Part shown: one piece after another, positions 21,693 through 29,599 of the stretch
Numbering within the stretch: the stretch's first letter is position 1
Layout: each line of letters begins with the position of its first letter
Source of the DNA: Thermoanaerobaculia bacterium
GTDB lineage: Bacteria > Acidobacteriota > Thermoanaerobaculia > Multivoradales > UBA5704
NCBI GenBank assembly: GCA_044226625.1
Contig: JBGAGQ010000062.1
Coordinates: forward strand, 1 to 36,671
Direction of reading: 5' to 3'
Length of the DNA stretch: 36,671 nt
Notes under the pieces: model-generated
Database searches by the model: none
What the model saw: only the letters and a program-made list of their open reading frames with translations
What the model was told of the DNA's origin: nothing
Position numbers and translations under genes: made by a program

Positions 21693-22727
21693 TCAGGGCT
21701 CCGATTCCGATTTGAGCTCGCGGGTCATCAGCTCGAGAACGGCCTGCCGCGGATCTTTGTCTTCGTAGAGGATCGCCACCGTCTGCCGGGTGATCGGCAT
21801 GTCGAGCCCCCCCTCGCGGCACTTCTCCGCGAGATGGAGGATCGCGAGCGAGTTGCGGACCCCCTCGGCCACCATCGGGGTGTCGGCGGTGATCTCGGCG
21901 AGCTTGCGCCCTTTGGCGAGCTCGATGCCGGTCCGCCGGTTGCGCGACAGGCCGCCGGTCGCCGTGAGCACGAGATCCCCGAGCCCCGTGAGCCCGGCGA
22001 ACGTGCGCGCGTCGCCACCGCAGGCGACGCCGAGCTTGGCGATCTCGTGCAGGCCGCGGGTGATCAGCGCGGCGAGCGTGTTCTGGCCGAAGCCGAGCCC
22101 CGTCGCCACGCCGGCCGCGATCGCGATCACGTTCTTCGTCGTGCCGCCGAGCTCGACCCCCACCAGGTCGCTCGACGAATAGAGCCGGAAATAGCGGGTC
22201 GAGAGCGTCTCGCGAATCTCGGTCGCGAGGTCGTGGTCGGCCGACGCGACCACCGCCGCGGTCGGCTGGTTCCGCGCGAGCTCGGCGGCGAAGCTCGGAC
22301 CGGAGAGTACCGCGAACCGCACCTGAAGCTCCGCCCGCGCCCCCTCTTCCGCCGCCACCGCGCTCATTCGGGCGAGCGTGTCCGGCTCGATTCCCTTGGT
22401 CCCCGAGATGACGATCGCCGGCCGGTCGGGGGCTCGCTCCTTCAACCGGGCGAGATGGTTGCGGAGCACCGAGCGGAAGCCGTGCGAGGGGATCACCACC
22501 AGGGTGAGATCGGCGTCGTGGACGTCGTCGAGGCGGGAGGTGGGCACGAGATTCGGCGGCAGCTCCACGTCGGGCAGGTACTCGGGGTTCGCCCGCTCGG
22601 CGGCCATCCTCGCGGTGAGCGCCTCGCTCCGCGCCCACAGGACCACCTCGTGACCTCCCGCTCCCGCGAAATGCACGGCGAGCGCCGTGCCCCAGGAGCC
22701 CGCGCCGAGGACGGCGACGCGGCTCAT
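21693..22727 (-). CDS. gpsA: NAD(P)H-dependent glycerol-3-phosphate dehydrogenase
   Basis: [47 protein letters not shown]; start at ATG 22727. Confidence 0.97.
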   Translation of the reverse strand: MSRVAVLGAGSWGTALAVHFAGAGGHEVVLWARSEALTARMAAERANPEYLPDVELPPNLVPTSRLDDVHDADLTLVVIPSHGFRSVLRNHLARLKERAPDRPAIVISGTKGIEPDTLARMSAVAAEEGARAELQVRFAVLSGPSFAAELARNQPTAAVVASADHDLATEIRETLSTRYFRLYSSSDLVGVELGGTTKNVIAIAAGVATGLGFGQNTLAALITRGLHEIAKLGVACGGDARTFAGLTGLGDLVLTATGGLSRNRRTGIELAKGRKLAEITADTPMVAEGVRNSLAILHLAEKCREGGLDMPITRQTVAILYEDKDPRQAVLELMTRELKSESEP

Positions 22728-23356
22728 TCGCGACCTCCGCGCGGACCGCCGATGCGCCGCTCGTCCCCCGAGAGGAGCCGGCGCAGATTGCCGCGATGGG
22801 TGAGGAAGACGAGCAATGCGAGCCCGGCCGCCGCGGTCGCGTGCCAAGGTCCCTCCGAGCGCTGCCAGCCGAGCCGCTCGCAGAGCACGACCCAGAGCGG
22901 CAACGTGAGCGAAGCCGAGAGCGAGCCGAGCGAGACGTAGCGCGTGCGGGCGACGACGGCCACGAACAGGACCGCCGCGATGCCGAGCGCCGCCGGTGTG
23001 AGCACCGTCATCGCCCCCGCCGAGGTGGCGACGCCCTTGCCTCCCCGGCCCCCAAGGAACAAGGGGAAGACGTGGCCGAGGACGACCGCGAACGCCGCCG
23101 CAGCGGCGATCCCCGCGCCCGCGCCGAGCATCCTCGCCCCGGCGACCGCCACGGCTCCCTTGGCGAGATCGCCGACTAGGGCGATGCCGCCGGCCTTCTT
23201 GCCGGCGACCCGAAGCGCGTTGGTCGCCCCGGCGTTGCCGCTGCCGGCGGTCCGCAGGTCGCGCCCCACGAACCACCGGACCAGCAGGTAGGAAAACGAG
23301 ATCGAGCCGATCAGATAGGCCGCGGTGAGGACCGCCGCGGAGCGGAGGGGCGTCAC
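22724..23356 (-). CDS. plsY: Glycerol-3-phosphate acyltransferase PlsY
   Basis: [46 protein letters not shown]; GTG start behind AAGGAGG. Confidence 0.95.
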   Translation of the reverse strand: MTPLRSAAVLTAAYLIGSISFSYLLVRWFVGRDLRTAGSGNAGATNALRVAGKKAGGIALVGDLAKGAVAVAGARMLGAGAGIAAAAAFAVVLGHVFPLFLGGRGGKGVATSAGAMTVLTPAALGIAAVLFVAVVARTRYVSLGSLSASLTLPLWVVLCERLGWQRSEGPWHATAAAGLALLVFLTHRGNLRRLLSGDERRIGGPRGGRE

Positions 23357-24096
23357 GCCTCCTCCTTCGGGACGTCCGCCGAATTCGTCGACCCGGATTC
23401 CACCTCGTCGGCCGGTTCGATCCCTTCGGCCGGTTCCGCGACCCCGAGGGGCATGCGCAGGAGCATCTCGTGCCGGCCGCCGCGGACCTTCGATTCGGGA
23501 CCGCCAGGGCCGTCGATCGCCCGGTTCCCTTCGCCCAGATGGCTCCGGTACAGCACCACTTCGGCCACTTCGAACGGCTCGCCGATCGGCCCGGCGAAGG
23601 CCGCCGAGAAGGTCGCGATCGCCGGCCGTGTCCACGGCTCGCGGCAGCGCGCGACCGTCAGGTGCGGCACGAACGGCCGGTCCTCGGGCGGATGGCCGAT
23701 CGCCTCCCCCGCCGCTGCGTTCAAGGCGGCGACCAGCTCGCGGAGCTCGGGGGGATTGTTCATCCCCACCCAGGCTACCCGCGCTGGCCGCGACGGGGGA
23801 AAGGTCCCCGCGCCTTCGAGCGCGAGGGTGAACGGCGTCCGCGGCGCGCACGCCGCGGCGAGCTCGCGGCCGAGCCACGGCACGAGATCGGACGCGACGT
23901 CGCCCAAGAACAGCACGGTGAGATGAAGCCCGCGGGGATCGACCCAGCGCGTCTTGCCTCCGGCCGAGAGCGATTCGCGTAGCGGCGCGATCCGCCGGCC
24001 GACCTCGGACTTCTGCTCGGCCGGCAGCTCGATCGCGACGAACAGGCGCCACGCCTCCGGCGGCGCGATCCGGGACTCCTCGTCGACGACGTTCAT
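23353..24096 (-). CDS. thpR: RNA 2',3'-cyclic phosphodiesterase (2H family)
   Basis: RLFVAIEL start and two HxT motifs (LHLTV, PHLTV); follows cinA with a 4-nt overlap. Confidence 0.92.
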   Translation of the reverse strand: MNVVDEESRIAPPEAWRLFVAIELPAEQKSEVGRRIAPLRESLSAGGKTRWVDPRGLHLTVLFLGDVASDLVPWLGRELAAACAPRTPFTLALEGAGTFPPSRPARVAWVGMNNPPELRELVAALNAAAGEAIGHPPEDRPFVPHLTVARCREPWTRPAIATFSAAFAGPIGEPFEVAEVVLYRSHLGEGNRAIDGPGGPESKVRGGRHEMLLRMPLGVAEPAEGIEPADEVESGSTNSADVPKEEA

Positions 24097-25370
24097 CTCG
24101 CCACCTCGTCCGAGCCGAACGCTTTGGGAGGCGGCAAGCCGAGCAACTTCCGGCGCAACATCTCGAGCGCCAGCTGGCTCGCCTGGGTCCGGACGAAATC
24201 GCGCCCGCCGGGGAAGCGCGCGCGCCGGTGCTCCACCCCTTCGGGACCGGCGAGTGCCAGATGGACGGTGCCCACCGGTTTCTCTTCGCTTCCCCCTCCC
24301 GGGCCGGCGACCCCGGTGACGCTCAACGCCCAGGTCGTCCCGAGGCGCGAGCGCGCCCCCTCGGCCATCGCCCGCGCGACCGGCTCGGAGACCGCGCCGT
24401 GCGCGGCGAGCATCTCTTCGGAGACGCCGAGAAATCGGGTCTTCCACTCGTTCGAATAGGTCACCACCCCGCCGAGGAAGTAGTCGCTGCTCCCCGGGAT
24501 CGCGGTGATCCGCTCGGCGAGCAGCCCGCCCGTGCACGATTCGGCGACGGAGAGCGTGGCCCCCGCCGCGCGCAGCAGCTCCCCCACCACGGTCGGCAGT
24601 TCCGCCTCTTCGCGGTCGGCGAAGGCCGCGTCGCCCGCGAACTCTTTCAGTCGCCCGACCATCGCCGCCAGGCGCTCGCGGCGCTCCTCCGCGGAGCCCT
24701 CGGCGGTCGCCTCGAGACGGATCTCCCCCGGCTTCGCGAGGATCGTGATGTTCTCGCGGCCGAACTCGTCGTAAGCGGGGGCGATCAGCTCCTCGACGCC
24801 CGATTCCGGCAAGCACGCGACCTTGACCACCGCGGTCTCGCGCCCGACGCCGCCCGAACGGGCGGCAAGGAACCCATCGAGATAGGAATCGATCATCCCT
24901 TCCAGCTCGTACGGCACGCCGGGGAAGAGCACGATCGTCTTGCCCTCGTGCTCGACCGCCATTCCGGGCGCGGAGCCGCGAGGATTCGGGATGACCGCTC
25001 CTCCCTCGACGAGCTCGGCCTGTTTGCGGTTGACCGCCGGCATGATCCGGCCGTAGGCGCGGAACCGCGCCTCGATCCCGGCGAGCACCTCGGGCACCAG
25101 CCGGAGCTCTCGTCCCAGCGCATGGGCCACGGCCTCGCGCGTCACGTCGTCCGCGGTCGGGCCGAGGCCGCCGGTGATCAGGACCAGATCGGCCCGCCGG
25201 AGGTGCGAGAGGATCTCGGCGGAGATTTCTTCGATCGAATCGCCCGCCACCGATTTCGCCCGCAGCTCATACCCATGGCGGAGCAGGACGGTGGTGAGAC
25301 GCAGAGAATTGGTGTCGAGCCGCCGGGTTCCGAGCAGCTCGGACCCGACCGCGAGAATCGCTGCACGCAT
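24093..25370 (-). CDS. cinA: Competence/damage-inducible protein CinA (MoCF domain + NMN deamidase)
   Basis: AVGSELL, DTNS, TGGLGPTADD, PGVP, AESCTGG, GSSDYF, GAVS, TGVAGPGGG; start at ATG 25370. Confidence 0.95.
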   Translation of the reverse strand: MRAAILAVGSELLGTRRLDTNSLRLTTVLLRHGYELRAKSVAGDSIEEISAEILSHLRRADLVLITGGLGPTADDVTREAVAHALGRELRLVPEVLAGIEARFRAYGRIMPAVNRKQAELVEGGAVIPNPRGSAPGMAVEHEGKTIVLFPGVPYELEGMIDSYLDGFLAARSGGVGRETAVVKVACLPESGVEELIAPAYDEFGRENITILAKPGEIRLEATAEGSAEERRERLAAMVGRLKEFAGDAAFADREEAELPTVVGELLRAAGATLSVAESCTGGLLAERITAIPGSSDYFLGGVVTYSNEWKTRFLGVSEEMLAAHGAVSEPVARAMAEGARSRLGTTWALSVTGVAGPGGGSEEKPVGTVHLALAGPEGVEHRRARFPGGRDFVRTQASQLALEMLRRKLLGLPPPKAFGSDEVAR

Positions 25371-25511
25371 CTCGAGATGATAGCGCAGCAGACGAGGCGG
25401 CCCGGCTCCCTCGGCCGGCCGGACCGCGCCGCCCGGCAGGAGGGCGTTCGATACACTTCTCTCGATTTCCCGCGCCGGCGACCGGGCCGGCCGGACCGGA
25501 CGATCAAACGG

Positions 25512-26444
25512 ATGGCGCACAACCACTCCCACGCCCACGGGGCTTCGCACGCCCACTCCCACGCGCCCGCAGATTTCGGGCGCGCGTTCGCGCTCGGCAT
25601 TGCGGCGAACCTCGCCTACGTCGCGCTCGAGGGGGGGTGGGGCCTTTATTCGGGCTCGCTCGCGCTGATCGCGGACGCCGGCCACAACCTGGGCGACGTC
25701 CTCGGGCTCGGTCTCGCCTGGGGGGCGAGTGTGCTCGCCCGACGTCAGCCGACGCCGAAGCGGACCTACGGCCTAAGGCGGGGCTCGATCCTCGCGGCGC
25801 TCGGCAACGCGCTGCTGCTCCTGGTCGCGGTCGGCGGCATCGCGGCCGAGGCGATCGAGCGCCTCCGCCACCCCGCGCCGGTCGCCGGCGGTCCGATCGT
25901 CGCGGTCGCCGCCGTGGGCATCGCGGTCAACGTCGGCACGGCCCTGCTGTTCCTTCGCGGCCGGCGCGACGACCTCAACGTCCGCGGCGCGTTCCTCCAC
26001 ATGGTGGCGGATGCCGCCGTCTCGCTCGGCGTCGTCGTGGCCGGAATCGCGATCTGGCGAACCGGAATCGACTGGATCGACCCCGCCGTGAGCCTCGTCG
26101 TCGCCGCGGTCATCCTCGCCGGCACCTGGGGCCTCCTGCGCGAATCGCTCGACCTCGCCCTCGACGCCGTGCCGCCCGGCATCGAGCTCTCTTCGATCCG
26201 CGCGTTTCTCGGCGCCCTACCGGGAGTTTGCGCGGTTCACGACCTGCACGTCTGGCCGATGAGCACGACCGAGGTCGCCCTCACCGCCCATCTCGTCATC
26301 CCCGGACCACGCCCGGCCGACTCCTTCTACGACCGCGCGGCCCGAGGTCTCCACGACCGCTTCGGCATCGAGCACACCACCCTCCAGATCGAGTGCGGCG
26401 ACGACGACAGCCCCTGCCGCCACGAGCCGGACGAGGTGCTCTGA
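25512..26444 (+). CDS. Cation diffusion facilitator, Zn/Co/Cd type (CzcD/ZitB-like)
   Basis: His-rich N-terminus, SLALIADAGHNLGD and AFLHMVAD (HxxxD sites), VHDLHVW, HTTLQIE. Confidence 0.93.
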   Translation: MAHNHSHAHGASHAHSHAPADFGRAFALGIAANLAYVALEGGWGLYSGSLALIADAGHNLGDVLGLGLAWGASVLARRQPTPKRTYGLRRGSILAALGNALLLLVAVGGIAAEAIERLRHPAPVAGGPIVAVAAVGIAVNVGTALLFLRGRRDDLNVRGAFLHMVADAAVSLGVVVAGIAIWRTGIDWIDPAVSLVVAAVILAGTWGLLRESLDLALDAVPPGIELSSIRAFLGALPGVCAVHDLHVWPMSTTEVALTAHLVIPGPRPADSFYDRAARGLHDRFGIEHTTLQIECGDDDSPCRHEPDEVL

Positions 26445-26493
26445 AGGCAAGGGATCACGCCCACGGATCGAAACCTTTTCGACCGAGCCTCCG

Positions 26494-26525
26494 AAAAGCC
26501 CGCGGCGGAGCCTTCCGCCACGGGC
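26494..26525 (-). terminator. Intrinsic terminator between convergent CDF and Cys-rich genes
   Basis: On the minus strand, hairpin GCCCGTGGCGGA-AGGC-TCCGCCGCGGGC followed by TTTT. Confidence 0.6.
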
Positions 26526-26547
26526 CTCCCGAGAACGATGGACCGCC

Positions 26548-26886
26548 TTACTGCTGGTCGGGACCGCCGAAGCAGTTGGCGCAGCTGTAGCTGATGAATC
26601 CGTGCTTGTGGACCTGGCCGCCCGAGAGAGTGCAGTTGTCGAGCGTCGCCGAGTCGTTGCACGAGCGGTCGTAGCCGCGGTTCACGCAATCGCCGTCCGA
26701 GGTGGTGTTGAGATCGTAGATCAGCGCCGACGTGAGAGGGCTGCAGGTGGGACCGTGGACCGTCGTCTCGTAATAGAAGACCGTATTCGAGAAGCAGGTG
26801 CAGGTCTCGGCGCTAGCGGGGCGGGAGCTGAGCAGAAGGGCGAATCCGAGTGCGGCCAACGCGAGGACGATACGACTCTTCAACAT
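26548..26886 (-). CDS. Small secreted Cys-rich protein (8 Cys)
   Basis: Signal peptide ending ASA; mature ETCTCF...CANCFGGPDQQ; AAGGAAG upstream. Confidence 0.75.
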   Translation of the reverse strand: MLKSRIVLALAALGFALLLSSRPASAETCTCFSNTVFYYETTVHGPTCSPLTSALIYDLNTTSDGDCVNRGYDRSCNDSATLDNCTLSGGQVHKHGFISYSCANCFGGPDQQ

Positions 26887-27012
26887 CGCGACTTCCTTTC
26901 CAAGTCGCTCCTCTCGAGACTCGTATCCGGTATACGAAGATTCTGCCGCAAGGTTTGACCGATCGGCGGCGGAACCACCGCGCTCCGCCGCCCCGGCTGC
27001 TATCCGGCTAGC

Positions 27013-27333
27013 CTAGCTCCGACAACAACTCGAGCAGCAGCGCCCGTCGCCGACGCACTGGCACCAGCAGAACTGTCCCTGACAGACGATGCCACCACAG
27101 AAGCAGCCGGCCTCATCGATCCTCGCGTCGAACAGGTCGCCCCAATCGGCGGCGCCTTTCGCCGGTTCGATCGGCGCGTTCGGGGACACGTTCGGCGCGG
27201 GAGCGGCAAAGAGGGCCGGCGCGGCGCAGGAGGACGCCGGCGCGAGAGAAGCGTCCGATTGGGCTTGGGCGACGGCGGGGAGTAGAACGGCGAGGGCGAG
27301 GACCAGCAGGGTGAAGGGGAGGAATCGGTTCAT
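27013..27333 (-). CDS. Secreted prepropeptide with 10-Cys C-terminal domain
   Basis: AAGGGAG RBS and ATG 27333; signal peptide ending AQA; Pro/Ala/acidic spacer; GCFCGGIVCQGQFCWCQCVGDGRCCSSCCRS. Confidence 0.75.
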   Translation of the reverse strand: MNRFLPFTLLVLALAVLLPAVAQAQSDASLAPASSCAAPALFAAPAPNVSPNAPIEPAKGAADWGDLFDARIDEAGCFCGGIVCQGQFCWCQCVGDGRCCSSCCRS

Positions 27334-27427
27334 CGAGGATCTCCCTTGAGGTTGCGGGGTGCTAGAACCCCTCACCTTGTCGGGTGCGCGCCCGGCAGCG
27401 GAGCGCGCCTCGTGGATCCGCCGCCGG

Positions 27428-27931
27428 TTACTCCCCCGCCGCGAGCTCCTGGATCAGCTCCGTCGCGACTCGGCCGGACCACGCCTCGATTTCCTGTTCG
27501 ACCTCTTGATTGGCTTTCGGCATCTCGCGCAGGAAGACCTTCCCAGCGGGCGACTCGTAGAAGGCGAGCAGGCCGCGGATCTCTTCCAGGGAATAGTGGC
27601 GGTCGTAGACGGCGACCACGATGTCGAAGATCTCGCGCGGATCGACCTTCTCTCGCAGCCGTACCCAGAGCAGCTCGGGCGTGTCGGGCGAGGCCTTCCG
27701 GAGCATGTCGATCATCTGATCGACGTTCTCCTGGGCGTTACGGGTGGCGCCGGTCGCGTCGATCACCTGGCGGATCAGCGCCGCTTTCGTCGGGTCGATC
27801 CGGGCTGTTACCGCCGGACGTTTGGGCTCGGATGCGGCGGCCGGTCCGGTGGCGAGGGAGAGGAGGGCGAGGACGATCAGCGGCGCAAGGCCGCGTTGCA
27901 GGCGAAGGAGGGCTTGGGTCGCTCTGGGCAT
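27428..27931 (-). CDS. DUF2059 domain exported protein
   Basis: Signal peptide; VYDRHYSLEEIRGLLAFYESPAGK motif. Start uncertain (27931 or 27976). Confidence 0.8.
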   Translation of the reverse strand: MPRATQALLRLQRGLAPLIVLALLSLATGPAAASEPKRPAVTARIDPTKAALIRQVIDATGATRNAQENVDQMIDMLRKASPDTPELLWVRLREKVDPREIFDIVVAVYDRHYSLEEIRGLLAFYESPAGKVFLREMPKANQEVEQEIEAWSGRVATELIQELAAGE

Positions 27932-28025
27932 CGGCGGAGTTCCTGGCGGGTTGGACGAGATCGAAATGGAGCTCATGCTCGCCGAAAGAGACTCCTTTCC
28001 CCGGCCGAAGTATTAGATTGGAGCC

Positions 28026-28475
28026 ATGACCACGTTCACCTTCCGCCCGATCGGCTTCGTCCGCAGCCCCTACTCTTCGACCTCCGACATCCCGCGAGGA
28101 CTCGGCGCCGAGCACCATGCCGAGGGAACCCTCGAGCTCCTGCCCGAGCTCGAGGCGGGCCTCGCCGACGTCGAGGGGTTTTCCCACCTGTTCGTTCTCT
28201 GGGTCTTCGATCGCTCGAAGGGCTTCGACCTCACGGCGTACCCGCCTACCGACGATCGCCCGCACGGGGTCTTCGCCACCCGGTCGCCGCAGCGGCCGAA
28301 CCCGATCGGCTTGACGGTCGTCGAGCTGCTCGGTCGCGAGGGGAGCGTGCTCCGCGTCCGCGGCGTCGACATGCTCGACGGTACGCCGATCCTCGATTTG
28401 AAGCCCTACCTTTCGAGCGTCCCGGCGGAGAGCCTCCGCCGCGGCTGGCTCGACGAGGCGGAGCGGCGGAAGTAG
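28026..28475 (+). CDS. tsaA: tRNA m6t6A37 methyltransferase TrmO/TsaA-like
   Basis: PIGFVRSP, GFSHLFVLWVFD, GVFATRSPQRPNPIGLTVV, DMLDGTPILDLKPY. Confidence 0.92.
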   Translation: MTTFTFRPIGFVRSPYSSTSDIPRGLGAEHHAEGTLELLPELEAGLADVEGFSHLFVLWVFDRSKGFDLTAYPPTDDRPHGVFATRSPQRPNPIGLTVVELLGREGSVLRVRGVDMLDGTPILDLKPYLSSVPAESLRRGWLDEAERRK

Positions 28476-28490
28476 GGCTAGCTCGACGAG

Positions 28491-28620
28491 CAGGCTGCCG
28501 AAAAACTCCTCCCACACGTCGCAGAGTTCCCGAGGACGACCCCGAGTCTGTCTGAGCAAAGCGAGTACGAGGGGCGCCCGCAGGGAACCTCGTGCGACGA
28601 AGGAGTTTTTCAGCAGCCTG
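28491..28620. mobile_element. MITE-like non-autonomous element / long inverted repeat (130 bp)
   Basis: Terminal IRs CAGGCTGCCGAAAAACTCCT / AGGAGTTTTTCAGCAGCCTG (19/20), further internal complementarity, flanked by CGAG and CTAG; no transposase. Confidence 0.65.
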
Positions 28621-29493
28621 CTAGCGCGAAGCTTTCCCCTTGTAGACGACGCCGAGTCGGAAGGTCGGTCCGAGCGCGATGTTCCGCGCCGAGGCGGCAC
28701 CGTCGATCGCCGTCTGGAAACTCCAGCGCTCGGACGCATCCCAGGTGAGGCTCGGCCCGAGCGCGAGGTAGGCGACGTCGTTGCCGAGACCCGCGGGCAC
28801 CGCGACCGGCCGCGTCTCGGGATCCTGGTACGGCTCGACGCCCCAGACGCGGGCGGCGGAGATCCAGCGGCCGTCGCGCCCGAACCGGTATCCCAGCTCT
28901 GCGCGATAGACGATGCCGTCGACGAAGCCCTTCCCCCGGGCGAGATGCCCCAGCTCGCCGAACCCGTAGCCTTTCCCCTCGGGACCGAACGAGCGACCGA
29001 GCGAAAGCGAGGTCTCGAGCTCCCAAACGCCGGAACCGGCGGGAAGCTCGCCCAAGCCCGCCGTCTCGTCGCCGGTCGGCGCCTGGACGATCCCCCGCGC
29101 CGCGAGGCGCCACGGGCCGCTCTCCCAGAGCTGCCCCTGGAGCCCGAGCTGGAGATCGCCTACGCCGCGCTCCGTTCCGAAGCCGTCGAGCTCCGACCGA
29201 CGCACGATCGGCGCCCGGAAGATCGCCGTCCATCGATCGCCGAAGCCGTAGGTCGCATACAGCGAGAGCTCGTCGAGCGTGAAATCGGCGATGTCCACGT
29301 CGTGCCCGTCGGCGTCGGCCAACCGATCCGCGGAAAGGCGAGCCCAGCTCCACTGGAGGTACAGCTCCCCCGGCTCGTTCTTCCAAGGACCGCCCCAGGC
29401 GGCCGAGGACGCGAGCATCGAGAGGACGGTCGCAAGCGCAAGACGGAGGGCGGCGGGACGGAGGGGCGTAAAGATCGTAAGGCACGAGCTCAT
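28621..29493 (-). CDS. Putative outer-membrane beta-barrel protein (MetA-pathway/SphA-like transporter fold)
   Basis: Signal peptide; alternating amphipathic strands; YATYGFGDRWT, GVGDLQLG, APTGD, GSGVWE; ends FRLGVVYK. Start re-assigned to ATG 29493. Confidence 0.65.
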   Translation of the reverse strand: MSSCLTIFTPLRPAALRLALATVLSMLASSAAWGGPWKNEPGELYLQWSWARLSADRLADADGHDVDIADFTLDELSLYATYGFGDRWTAIFRAPIVRRSELDGFGTERGVGDLQLGLQGQLWESGPWRLAARGIVQAPTGDETAGLGELPAGSGVWELETSLSLGRSFGPEGKGYGFGELGHLARGKGFVDGIVYRAELGYRFGRDGRWISAARVWGVEPYQDPETRPVAVPAGLGNDVAYLALGPSLTWDASERWSFQTAIDGAASARNIALGPTFRLGVVYKGKASR

Positions 29494-29599
29494 GGATGGA
29501 CCCCCTTTTCGTAGCGGCATCTTAACCTCGGCGCGTTCGATCGTAACGAAACGCCCGCTCCTTCGCCCGTCCGAAGAGAGGCTATCGAAGGAGGTTTCC

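Noticed and set aside
20122-25685. Apparent long N-terminal extensions or fusions of guaA (838 aa), gpsA, plsY, thpR, cinA and the CDF (738 aa)
   Set aside because: The extensions overlap neighbouring real genes in other frames; family-typical starts lie downstream.
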